A DNA stretch of 64,000 bases. Source: an uncultured archaeon (GTDB lineage: Archaea > Iainarchaeota > Iainarchaeia > Iainarchaeales > DTGL01). The DNA lies in the NCBI GenBank assembly GCA_964551725.1, contig CAZKED010000003.1, positions 27,002 to 91,001 of the forward strand. The letters are read 5' to 3'. The position numbers were made by a program, and so were the translations under genes. The notes beneath the pieces are model-generated. The model was not told the DNA's origin and did no database searches. It saw only the letters and a list, made by a program, of their open reading frames with translations. Of the stretch, positions 47,623 to 56,063 are shown piece by piece (position 1 is the first letter of the stretch; each line of letters begins with the position of its first letter).

Positions 47623-48252
47623 ATGGCAAGGGTTGAACTGAAAAAGGATGCCTTGGTGGCAATAATTGTAGCCGCCATAGAAGTCTACAAGAAAGAGTGC
47701 TACGGCCTGTTGGTCGGGGAGAAAGGGGGCAACAGGACTTTGATCAGGGACGCTTTCGGATTCCAGACCGCAATGCGCGATTATTATTCCAGTTCGGTGT
47801 TCGAGTTCAGGGAAAGGCGCGTGAACGAAACCCTCAAGCTTTTAACGCCGTGGAAGCTTGTCGGGGACTTCCACTCGCACACAAACGGAACGGAATGCCT
47901 GAGCGACGACGACAAGGATTTTTTGCTTGAAGCAGGCCCTGGCTTTGTGTCATTGCTCGTGAACATTTCGCGGACGAAAAAGACAAGCAGGTGGAAGTAC
48001 AACGTGGAGAAAAAGGCGCTGAGCGGAAGCATTGGAAGGAAATTTTTCGTCAAAGTACAGGCGTTCATATACGATGAAAAAGAGGACCGCATAAAAAAAG
48101 TTCCCATTTCGTTCCCCAAGAAGGATACCCTGAACAGGAGAATGAGGTACTTCACAAAACTGCAGCGCGAACTCGAAAAGGCGAGGAAAGAGGAAAAGAA
48201 AAGCGTGAGGAGAAAAAGACGCCTGAAAAAAAAGCTCTCCGCAAGGGAATAA
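47623..48252 (+). CDS. JAMM/MPN+ metalloprotease with basic C-tail
   Basis: KECYGLLVG and HSH-x7-S-x2-D (HSHTNGTECLSDDD). Confidence 0.82.
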   Translation: MARVELKKDALVAIIVAAIEVYKKECYGLLVGEKGGNRTLIRDAFGFQTAMRDYYSSSVFEFRERRVNETLKLLTPWKLVGDFHSHTNGTECLSDDDKDFLLEAGPGFVSLLVNISRTKKTSRWKYNVEKKALSGSIGRKFFVKVQAFIYDEKEDRIKKVPISFPKKDTLNRRMRYFTKLQRELEKARKEEKKSVRRKRRLKKKLSARE

Positions 48253-48705
48253 TCAAATCCAGCGCCTTGTCTTTTTCTTGTATTCTAGGTATTTTTTGCC
48301 GAAAGCATTCTCCATATTTTTTTCCTCAAGCGGGATGAAGAGCAACTGCATTGCAACCGCGAAGGCAATTGGAAAAACAAAGGTGATTATTGTTCCGTGG
48401 AGGAAAGCAACGCCCAAAAGAATGGCCGCAAAGCCGAGGTACTGCGGGTTCCTGCTCAAGCGGAAGGGCCCTGATTCAACCAATGCCGCGGGCTCAAGGT
48501 GCGGCTTTACAGTGGTTTTCCACTTTTTCAGGAGATAGTCGGCCCAGAGGTTAAGGACAGCGCCGAATGCAATCATCAAAAAGCCAAGGTAAGTGTAAGG
48601 AGGAAAAATCACTTTCTTTACGGGAAAAAAGAAATGCAGCGCGATGGAAAGCGCCAGGAATATGAAAAAATACGCCGGCGGCATGAGCCTCGGCTTTGCA
48701 CTCAT
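48253..48705 (-). CDS. Isoprenylcysteine/phospholipid methyltransferase family
   Basis: GPFRLSRNPQY, EE..FGKKYLEYKKKTRRWI. Confidence 0.9.
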   Translation of the reverse strand: MSAKPRLMPPAYFFIFLALSIALHFFFPVKKVIFPPYTYLGFLMIAFGAVLNLWADYLLKKWKTTVKPHLEPAALVESGPFRLSRNPQYLGFAAILLGVAFLHGTIITFVFPIAFAVAMQLLFIPLEEKNMENAFGKKYLEYKKKTRRWI

Positions 48706-48740
48706 ACCCCAAATACTGCGGGGTTAGGTTTAAAATTTCT

Positions 48741-49046
48741 TCACCCTGGCAGTTCCTTGAACACACGCTTCATTTTCTTCGCATAATCCCTGAAAGCGGA
48801 GCGGCCTTTTTTCGAGAGACTAATCATGGTGTGGGGCTTCCTGCCGACAAACTCCTTCTTTACTTCTACATAATTTGCCTTTTCCAGCTTGCTCAAATGC
48901 GAGGAGAGGTTCCCGTCGCTTAACCCTGTCTGGCGCTTGAGGAAGAGGAAGTCAGCGCTCTCCACGACATACAGGTGCGCCATGATGCTGAGGCGCGCCG
49001 GCTCGTGGACGAGCTTGTCGATTCCCGAGAGCGGTTTCCCCTTCAC
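48741..49046 (-). CDS. Winged-HTH regulator (HTH_34-like)
   Basis: HEPARLSIM, SDGNLSSHLSKLE, F.GRKPHT. Confidence 0.9.
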   Translation of the reverse strand: MKGKPLSGIDKLVHEPARLSIMAHLYVVESADFLFLKRQTGLSDGNLSSHLSKLEKANYVEVKKEFVGRKPHTMISLSKKGRSAFRDYAKKMKRVFKELPG

Positions 49047-49702
49047 TTCTTTCCCCCATCCAATGGATACTCTTTCTTGAACTTGCTGTATTCAATCAGT
49101 CCGAGAATGACTAATATCAAGGCTGGAATAACCCAAACCATTGCATTGGATAGCTCGCTGCCGAATGTTCCCTTAATGAATTCCACAAGGGGAATCCCGA
49201 CACCGATTATTGTTCCGTAAAGAGCCATTCTTGGGAAATCCATAACGTATGCGAAAAACCCAATTCCGACAATAACCGCTATTCCGATTGCAGCCATTAA
49301 GCCAAGCCCGCCCAGCAAGCCAGTTATTTCCAGGCCAGGGAAAACTCCATAGTATGTCAGAATCACTAAAGCCATAAGAGCAATCACTCCAACAGCGTTA
49401 ACCATCGCTATTCTGTTTCTTTTTTGCTGTCTTTTCCTGCTGAATTTAGCAATGCCGACCCTTGGCAGCACTCCATAAACAAACCCAAGGAACATAACCA
49501 AGGAAGCCGGAACAACCAAGAAAAGGATGTAAACGTATCCGAATAACGCCCTTATCGTCGGCGCAACAGCAAATGAAAGCAATAACACGCCGAAGCCGAC
49601 ATCATACAGCCATTTCTGGAAAAAAGAACCATAGGCTTTTTTTTCAATCTTGTTTAAGTCAATTTTTTCAGAAATATTCTCAGTCATTGTATCACCATAC
49701 AC
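49043..49702 (-). CDS. Multi-TM membrane protein
   Basis: 6 TM; overlaps regulator start; visibly more AT-rich than neighbours. Confidence 0.78.
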   Translation of the reverse strand: MYGDTMTENISEKIDLNKIEKKAYGSFFQKWLYDVGFGVLLLSFAVAPTIRALFGYVYILFLVVPASLVMFLGFVYGVLPRVGIAKFSRKRQQKRNRIAMVNAVGVIALMALVILTYYGVFPGLEITGLLGGLGLMAAIGIAVIVGIGFFAYVMDFPRMALYGTIIGVGIPLVEFIKGTFGSELSNAMVWVIPALILVILGLIEYSKFKKEYPLDGGKK

Positions 49703-49727
49703 CTACAATGACCAGAACCCATTATAT

Positions 49728-49744
49728 ACTTTGCGGTGCAAAGT
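49728..49744. promoter_or_regulatory. Perfect palindromic operator
   Basis: ACTTTGC-GGT-GCAAAGT next to minus-strand TATATAA; extra half-site CTTTGC follows. Confidence 0.7.
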
Positions 49745-49846
49745 GCTTTGCAATTTAGGGGCCTGTAACGGCATTTCCGTCCGCGGCAGTGCAGGATATG
49801 GGAAAAAAGGAGAAAAAGAAGCCTGCCGAAAGAGCGGGCTTTGCGC

Positions 49847-50041
49847 TCATTTCCCGAACTCAAAGAGCCCGTCGATTGTGGTCTTGAGCGCCTTTGCGAC
49901 CTCGTGCGCGAGCTTCAGCGAGGGATTGTATTTCCCTTTCTCAAGGAAGAGGATGGTCTCGCGGCGCACGCCGACCTTGCGCGCAAGGTCTTCCTGTGTC
50001 AGATTATAGCGGGCGCGCAGCTCCTTGATGCGGTTCTTCAA
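49847..50041 (-). CDS. XRE-family HTH regulator
   Basis: [27 protein letters not shown]. Confidence 0.95.
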   Translation of the reverse strand: MKNRIKELRARYNLTQEDLARKVGVRRETILFLEKGKYNPSLKLAHEVAKALKTTIDGLFEFGK

Positions 50042-50424
50042 CCGAGGTCACCCTTCCTTGCAAGATGCCACCTGAAGGCAATCATGGTGAAAACCATGAA
50101 GAACAGCGTGAAGCCAATCAATTCCTGCGAGGAAAACCTGAAAATTTCAAGGTAGTCCAGCCAGAAAAGAACGGAGATAGCCAGCAGTGTCAAAAACCAC
50201 GACCAGGAGGCGGCAAAAGCGCCAAGTTTCCTTGTCCGCTCGTCGTGCTTGGGCTCGTCCCCGTGCCTGATTACCCTCAAGGCATAGGCAAGCATCATTG
50301 CACCAAAAGAAAACAGCACGAGGGGCACCCAGGCAGGAATGCCCTCCCAGAACAACTGAGTTGCAACCGAGAAAACGTAGACCGCAAAAACCGCCCACAG
50401 CAAAACCTTTCCCTTGCCTTTCAC
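50038..50424 (-). CDS. DUF2178-like membrane protein
   Basis: DERTRKL..AASWSW; GTG start after gaggtg SD. Confidence 0.8.
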   Translation of the reverse strand: MKGKGKVLLWAVFAVYVFSVATQLFWEGIPAWVPLVLFSFGAMMLAYALRVIRHGDEPKHDERTRKLGAFAASWSWFLTLLAISVLFWLDYLEIFRFSSQELIGFTLFFMVFTMIAFRWHLARKGDLG

Positions 50425-50434
50425 CAAAAACACC

Positions 50435-50857
50435 TCACTCCACGGAACCCTTCCTTTCAAGGACAAGGTATGAAACAACAAAGACAAAACATGTGAAAGC
50501 CAGAATCACTGCAGGGTAATGCCTCGGCAAAAGCGCCGGGAGGTTGAATTCCTCAACGCCCACTCCCGCATAAAACATTACCGCAAGCGAAAACCAGACT
50601 GAAGCAATGAACGCATAGTAGCCCGACTTGTGGCTGACCCTGCGCTCCATTTCATCCTTCACCGGCAGACCCCTGCTTACTGCCCTGACCTTCTTCTGGA
50701 TTATAAAGAAAGCCCCGAGCACCAAAACACCGGCGATCGGGAATATAACCAGCTCCGACGGCTCAATAGGGTAGCTGCTGATTGCAAAAGCCCCGATGGA
50801 GACAACCACGCAAACCAGCAGAAAAACCATGACAGCCGCCCTGAATTTACCACTCAT
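50435..50857 (-). CDS. DUF2178-like membrane protein
   Basis: GLPVKDEMERRV..KSGYYAF. Confidence 0.8.
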   Translation of the reverse strand: MSGKFRAAVMVFLLVCVVVSIGAFAISSYPIEPSELVIFPIAGVLVLGAFFIIQKKVRAVSRGLPVKDEMERRVSHKSGYYAFIASVWFSLAVMFYAGVGVEEFNLPALLPRHYPAVILAFTCFVFVVSYLVLERKGSVE

Positions 50858-50875
50858 AAAAAAACCACGCTCCTT

Positions 50876-50949
50876 GTTAAACAAAACAAACTTTTTGTTA
50901 AAAATATCGAACTTAATGTTGTATATATCTAACATTAACCTTTTAAACC
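50876..50949 (-). promoter_or_regulatory. Three phased GTT-N10-AAC operators downstream of TATA
   Basis: Sites start at 50876, 50897, 50918 (21-bp period); minus TTTAAAA at 50941-50947. Confidence 0.72.
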
Positions 50950-51072
50950 TATCGCCGCGGGAAGCCCGGCAAAAAAGGGCCATACTGAAAAGAACGCCCG
51001 GAGGAATGTTTTTATAATATTAAACCCAATTAATTACAGCTTTTACGTTCAAACTTCAGCGGAGTTGAATGC

Positions 51073-51537
51073 ATGGACAAAAAAGGGCAGGGAGCAGAGG
51101 AATACCTCACAATCATCGCGGGCATCATTGTAATCTCGCTTGCTGTCGTAGCAATCTCGCTGGTTTCAGCTGGATTGCCGGGCTTTTCCGAATCGGGAGA
51201 AATAACAGAGGAGCAGAGCAGGGAATACTGGGGAAACACCCAGCCGCTCGCACTGACCGGCTGGCGTATAACCGCAAGCAACGGAACGTTCGTCGTGCAT
51301 AACAACAGCGGAGACAAAATCCGGATGACAGACATTACAGTAAACAACACTGCACTCGGTCTGGCTGACGCAAACGTTGCCGCGGGGGAAACAATCACCA
51401 CTGCCGCGGATCCGGACGTAAAGTGCACTCCTGACCAGGCTTACAGTTACGACATTTCAATCTCCTACGACATCGCGGGGGAGATTTCCGGCGAAACCCT
51501 GGCAGGCGAAAAACCCATAGTCGGAACCTGTCAGTGA
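51073..51537 (+). CDS. Archaeal type IV pilin-like protein (class III signal peptide)
   Basis: KKG/QGAEEY with E at +5, hydrophobic helix, two C-terminal Cys. Confidence 0.85.
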   Translation: MDKKGQGAEEYLTIIAGIIVISLAVVAISLVSAGLPGFSESGEITEEQSREYWGNTQPLALTGWRITASNGTFVVHNNSGDKIRMTDITVNNTALGLADANVAAGETITTAADPDVKCTPDQAYSYDISISYDIAGEISGETLAGEKPIVGTCQ

Positions 51538-51603
51538 AGGCGCAGAGAGAGCCTGCACTGATTTGTTTTTATTCATAACCTTTTCATGTGGATTGGTGGT
51601 TGC

Positions 51604-51822
51604 ATGAAATCAGAGGTAATTGAAAAAATAGCCGCGCTTCTCACCGCAGCATTCGGTCTTGTTGCAGCGCTTGCATGGAACGACGCAATAAAGGCATTTT
51701 TCAAGGAAATTTTCGGGACTGCCGAAACCCTTGGCCCGATGCTGGCGTACGCGGTGGCAGTCACAATAATCGCCGTGGCTGTAACAATCTGGATAGGCAA
51801 AATAGCGGAAAAGAAGAAATGA
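51604..51822 (+). CDS. DUF5654-like membrane protein
   Basis: AAFGLVAALAWNDAIK. Confidence 0.85.
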   Translation: MKSEVIEKIAALLTAAFGLVAALAWNDAIKAFFKEIFGTAETLGPMLAYAVAVTIIAVAVTIWIGKIAEKKK

Positions 51823-51897
51823 CCCTTACGGAAAACCGGCTTCTTTCTGAAAGGCGCAAGCATAGACGTTTTAAATAAAACCCCATGATATTATTGC

Positions 51898-52371
51898 ATG
51901 CGTTCTTCCTGGAGAAAGGGCTTCAGTTTCGGGCTCACTTCCGGAATAATTACAACACTGGGAATGATTGTCGGCCTGAATTCGAGCACCCACTCGCAGA
52001 TGGTTGTAATCGGGGGAATCCTCGCAATTGCTGTAGCCGACGCTTTCTCCGATGCACTGGGAATACACATCTCCGAGGAATCCGAGAACAAGCATTCCCC
52101 AAAGGAAATATGGCAGGCAACGCTTTCCACTCTCGGGGCAAAATTCTTCTTCGCCCTCACTTTTATTGCGCCTGTTCTGCTTCTCCCCCTGCAGGAAGCG
52201 ATAATTGCAAGCGTTGTATATGGTTTGCTGCTTATTGCAATTGTCAGCGCGGCAATGGCAAAAGAGCAAAAGCAAAAAATTCACGCCGTTGTCGCTGAAC
52301 ACCTTTCAATCGCTGCCGCGGTCATAATAATAACCCACCTCGTCGGGGGCTTTGTTGCAACGCTCGGGTGA
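51898..52371 (+). CDS. VIT1/CCC1-like membrane protein
   Basis: FGLTSGIITTLG, ADAFSDALGIHISEE. Confidence 0.8.
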   Translation: MRSSWRKGFSFGLTSGIITTLGMIVGLNSSTHSQMVVIGGILAIAVADAFSDALGIHISEESENKHSPKEIWQATLSTLGAKFFFALTFIAPVLLLPLQEAIIASVVYGLLLIAIVSAAMAKEQKQKIHAVVAEHLSIAAAVIIITHLVGGFVATLG

Positions 52372-52418
52372 AAGCGGCTGGCAAAAGCAATTTTAATTAG
52401 TAACATTCTACTATTAGC

Positions 52419-54383
52419 ATGCCCTGCAAAAGGATTGCACTTGTTTTTCTCCTGCTCCTTATTTTTTCCGCGGTGGCGAATGCAAAATATTACTCCCTGG
52501 AAAAGGCGGAAGTGTACTACAAAATTGAACCGAACGGACTGGTCAAAGCGGAGGAAGAAATAACATTCAATTTTTCCGGCTCTTTCACCTATGCTTACAG
52601 GAACTTTCCCCGCGGGGAATGGGAATACGGGGAAATAAAGGTTTACGATGTGAGCGATGGAACTCCCGCGGAGCTAATGACGGAAAGGTCCTACCACGGA
52701 AGCGATTTTAGGGTTACGTGGCATTACTCCGCGCGGGACGAAAGGAAAACATTCAAAATAAATTACACCATTTCAAAAGCCGTAAAGGCATACAGCGATG
52801 TTGCGGAGTTCTACTGGAAGGTGTGGGGAAGCGGCTGGGAAAAACCGCTCGGGGAAATAATCGGATATATTGAACTTCCAGCGGAAGTCCGAAACGCGAA
52901 AGAGGTTTATTCCTGGGGGCATCCCGCAATAAACGGGAAAATGGGGCTGCTTGAAAACAGGAAGCTTTTGTTCCAGGCGTTCAACATTCCCGCACAGCAG
53001 TGGGTTGAAATCAGGATTGCTTTCCCCCGTTCCCTGCTTGAAAGCACGGAAAACGCGGTTGCTGTCAGCAGTGAGGGACTGGAAAAAATCATCCAAGAAG
53101 AAAGAGAATACGCTGCGCCTTTTGCGTTCCGCTTTCCGGAGCCGCCTGGCAGTGAAATGCTTGGGTTTGCGGTTGCGCCCATTGCAATAATTGTGGGAAT
53201 TTTTTTCATTGCAGCCTTGCTTCGCGGAACCTTTGAAAAGGGAGGCAGGAAAAGCCCGATTGCAGTATTCTTTGTAGGGGTTTTAATCCTCATTGGCTTT
53301 CCCGTTTCAATGTGGTGGGTCGGCGCCGGAATCCCGCTCGTCCTGCTTGCCGCTGTTGCGGAATGCGCTGTTTTTGCCATTTGCTGGCATTTCTGGGGCA
53401 GGGAGCCAAAAGTGGAAATTCCCGCCCTGTACGAGAGGGAGGTTCCGTTCGATTACAGCCCTGCAGTGGTCGAGGCATTGCTCCACCAGTGGGCGAAAAA
53501 GCCGACGGTGAAAAGCATGATAGCGGAACTACTGCACCTGTGCCTCAAGAAAAAAATAAAACTGGAGAAAATAAGGGAGAAAACTTTCTGGGGAGGGAAA
53601 GATTCCTACAAAATCCACATCATCGACCGCTCTCTGAAAGGAATGCCAAAAAGCGAGAGAATACTGTTCGCGCTTTTGGAGGATGCCGCGGAATTCAGGA
53701 CCGAGGGAATAATCTTCAAGAAGCGTGTAGCGGACGGAACGCCGGACGAGGTGACACTCAACGAAATCACAAAATTCCTGCGGCAAAATCCCGCGGAATC
53801 CCGCACGATACTGGAGCAGTGGAAGCAGTCGGTTTCGGACAAGGCAATGGAAATGGGGCTGTTCTCAAAAAAAAGCGCGATAATTCCCTTCCTTCTCGGC
53901 AGTGCGGTAATGGTAATTGTTTTTTCCCTTTTCTACCTTTACCTCTTTATTGAAATAGTGATTGTTGCATTGCTGCTAAACGCTTTGTTTCCGAACATGC
54001 TGCCAAACCGCTCGAAAGTCGGAGCGGAGCACTACAAGCGCTGGATGCTGTTGAAAAAATTCCTCTCCGATTTCTCCAACCTCAGGGAAATGCCTCCAGA
54101 TGCAATAGTGCTGTGGGAAAAATACTTGGTGTATTCAATTCCGCTGGGGGTCGCAAAAAAAGTGCAAAAGGCAATGGACGATGTTTTCCGCGATTACCAC
54201 GGAGAATACCATTCCAGCATTTTTGTGGGCGCGGGCTATGCGGGCTTTTCGGCAGAGGGCTTTGGTTCAGCTGTCGGAGCGTTCTCTTCCGCTTTCAGTT
54301 CCGCAACCGCCACGTCCGGCGGGGGAGGATTCGGCGGCGGTGGAGGCGGAGGGGGAGGCGGGGGCGGCGGTGGAGCCGGCTGA
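52419..54383 (+). CDS. DUF2207 membrane protein
   Basis: Signal, EFYWK, WEKYLVYSIPLGV, poly-Gly C-terminus. Confidence 0.9.
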   Translation: MPCKRIALVFLLLLIFSAVANAKYYSLEKAEVYYKIEPNGLVKAEEEITFNFSGSFTYAYRNFPRGEWEYGEIKVYDVSDGTPAELMTERSYHGSDFRVTWHYSARDERKTFKINYTISKAVKAYSDVAEFYWKVWGSGWEKPLGEIIGYIELPAEVRNAKEVYSWGHPAINGKMGLLENRKLLFQAFNIPAQQWVEIRIAFPRSLLESTENAVAVSSEGLEKIIQEEREYAAPFAFRFPEPPGSEMLGFAVAPIAIIVGIFFIAALLRGTFEKGGRKSPIAVFFVGVLILIGFPVSMWWVGAGIPLVLLAAVAECAVFAICWHFWGREPKVEIPALYEREVPFDYSPAVVEALLHQWAKKPTVKSMIAELLHLCLKKKIKLEKIREKTFWGGKDSYKIHIIDRSLKGMPKSERILFALLEDAAEFRTEGIIFKKRVADGTPDEVTLNEITKFLRQNPAESRTILEQWKQSVSDKAMEMGLFSKKSAIIPFLLGSAVMVIVFSLFYLYLFIEIVIVALLLNALFPNMLPNRSKVGAEHYKRWMLLKKFLSDFSNLREMPPDAIVLWEKYLVYSIPLGVAKKVQKAMDDVFRDYHGEYHSSIFVGAGYAGFSAEGFGSAVGAFSSAFSSATATSGGGGFGGGGGGGGGGGGGGAG

Positions 54384-54457
54384 ATGGAATTGCCGCGCAA
54401 CGGAAAGAAAAAAGAACAAAGAAAAAGGAACGAGTCAGAGCAAAAAAAATTAACGGA

Positions 54458-54934
54458 TCAGCGCAGCCTTGTTCTCCGCACTTTTCCCAACAGGGGGTTT
54501 CCACCTTTCGGCCGTGCCCCGGAGCCACGTGCCCTGGCAGCCCTTCTGTCCCTGGGGGGCGCTCTAGCCAGCCGTGAGGACTCGCCGCGCCTTCTCGTTA
54601 CTAAAAATGGGGCATGTGGGGAAACACGGTACATTTCCCAGGAATGTTCGCTGGCAATCACCAAAACCGGTCTCTTTGGCACTTTTTTCCTTCCCTCATC
54701 GACGGCTGCTTTAATGGTTCCAGCTGGATCGTTGGGGTGAAAGAATCTTATGGGGGCGCCCATGCGTGCTGCAATCCTTTCGATTTCGGGGGAGATGTGC
54801 ATTCCCTTTTCAACAATTAGCATTCCCTCGAGCTTGAGGTCATTGCGTATTTCCCCCACATCGGGTTCACCACTTTTAAAAGTGAGAAACCTTACGCCAG
54901 TTTTTCTCCCCTTTACAACAGTTTGACGAGGCAT
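54458..54934 (-). CDS. Orphan protein with basic N- and Arg-rich C-termini
   Basis: MPRQTVVKGRK...VRRTRLR; fills the gap; TATA-like TTTTAA upstream. Confidence 0.6.
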   Translation of the reverse strand: MPRQTVVKGRKTGVRFLTFKSGEPDVGEIRNDLKLEGMLIVEKGMHISPEIERIAARMGAPIRFFHPNDPAGTIKAAVDEGRKKVPKRPVLVIASEHSWEMYRVSPHAPFLVTRRRGESSRLARAPPRDRRAARARGSGARPKGGNPLLGKVRRTRLR

Positions 54935-55004
54935 TTCAATTCAATTTTATGGCACGAAAGGTTAAAATATGTTTTCACTTCGCGCCGGCTCGAGTCAGAG
55001 CGTT

Positions 55005-55157
55005 TCAGAGAAAAACCGCAAAGAGCATCATCGCCGCAAAGTAGAATGCAACTGCGGCAAGCACTTTTATTACCGATTTTTTTTCAATCTTCCTTCTTTT
55101 TTTGAAACCCATTTTTTCAATTTCAATTGCTTCCTTTCCTATTTCGTCCACCGACAT
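55005..55157 (-). CDS. Tail-anchored microprotein, 50 aa
   Basis: MSVDEIG...C-terminal TM; TGATG coupling to upstream TauE stop. Confidence 0.65.
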   Translation of the reverse strand: MSVDEIGKEAIEIEKMGFKKRRKIEKKSVIKVLAAVAFYFAAMMLFAVFL

Positions 55158-55954
55158 CAAAACACCCCCGGCACGGCAATTTTCAGGGAGAGGTAACTTC
55201 CCAGAGAGAAAGCGTAAACAGGAATTATTTTGCGCCACCAGCGCGTGGGAAAAACCCTCACAATGTAGGGGGAGAGTATCGCTGCCACAAACGCGCCGGT
55301 AAAAATGGAAGGCAACAGCGAAAAATCAACCACTTTCCCCATGGAACTTATGAAAATAAAGGTAAGCACCCCGAACACGGAAACGAACGCCTCGGCAACG
55401 GAAACAATCGCAACAGCGCTTTTTTCGTGCACTCCGGAAAAAATCTGCCCCAGCGTTACAACCGGACCGTAGCCCCCGCCGCCTATGCCTTTGTTGAAGC
55501 CGGCGAGGCAGGCGAATCCCGCCAAAAGCTTGGGTCTGAACTTCTTGCTCGTGCGGAATTTGAGCCTTATAATCCCGTAAACCCCCATTAAGAGGACTAG
55601 AACTGCAACATAGAGTTTTATGAAGTCCTTGGGGAGGTTTATTGCAAAATAGGCGAGGAAAACGGAAAGCACTATTGCAAAGCAGCCGCTGACGGCAATG
55701 AGCAAAACAAGCCTTGTCGCCTTGTTGAAAGGTCTTTGAACCGAGAATTTCACATTGCCGAATTCGTGGTGGAAAAACCCCGACACAAAGCCTGTTATTG
55801 CCTCGGATGCAAGCACTACAGGAACAACCTGCAATGGGTTGAAGCCCATTATGAAGAGCAGCGGTGTAAGAGAGGTGCCGAAGCCCATTCCCGCGCTTGA
55901 GTCCATGAACTCAAAGATAAAGGCGAGAGCAACTATCGCAATCACGATCTCCAT
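55157..55954 (-). CDS. TauE/SafE sulfite exporter family
   Basis: DSSAGMGFGT..P, GGGGYGP, 8 TM. Confidence 0.88.
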   Translation of the reverse strand: MEIVIAIVALAFIFEFMDSSAGMGFGTSLTPLLFIMGFNPLQVVPVVLASEAITGFVSGFFHHEFGNVKFSVQRPFNKATRLVLLIAVSGCFAIVLSVFLAYFAINLPKDFIKLYVAVLVLLMGVYGIIRLKFRTSKKFRPKLLAGFACLAGFNKGIGGGGYGPVVTLGQIFSGVHEKSAVAIVSVAEAFVSVFGVLTFIFISSMGKVVDFSLLPSIFTGAFVAAILSPYIVRVFPTRWWRKIIPVYAFSLGSYLSLKIAVPGVF

Positions 55955-56063
55955 GGGGTTCACACAAAAACTTAAACAAGGCAATTGCAATGCAATTGCA
56001 GTGCATTTATAATGCGCTGTTGGGTTTTAAAACCTATCGCTCCCGCGTTCCCGAAAAGCGGAA

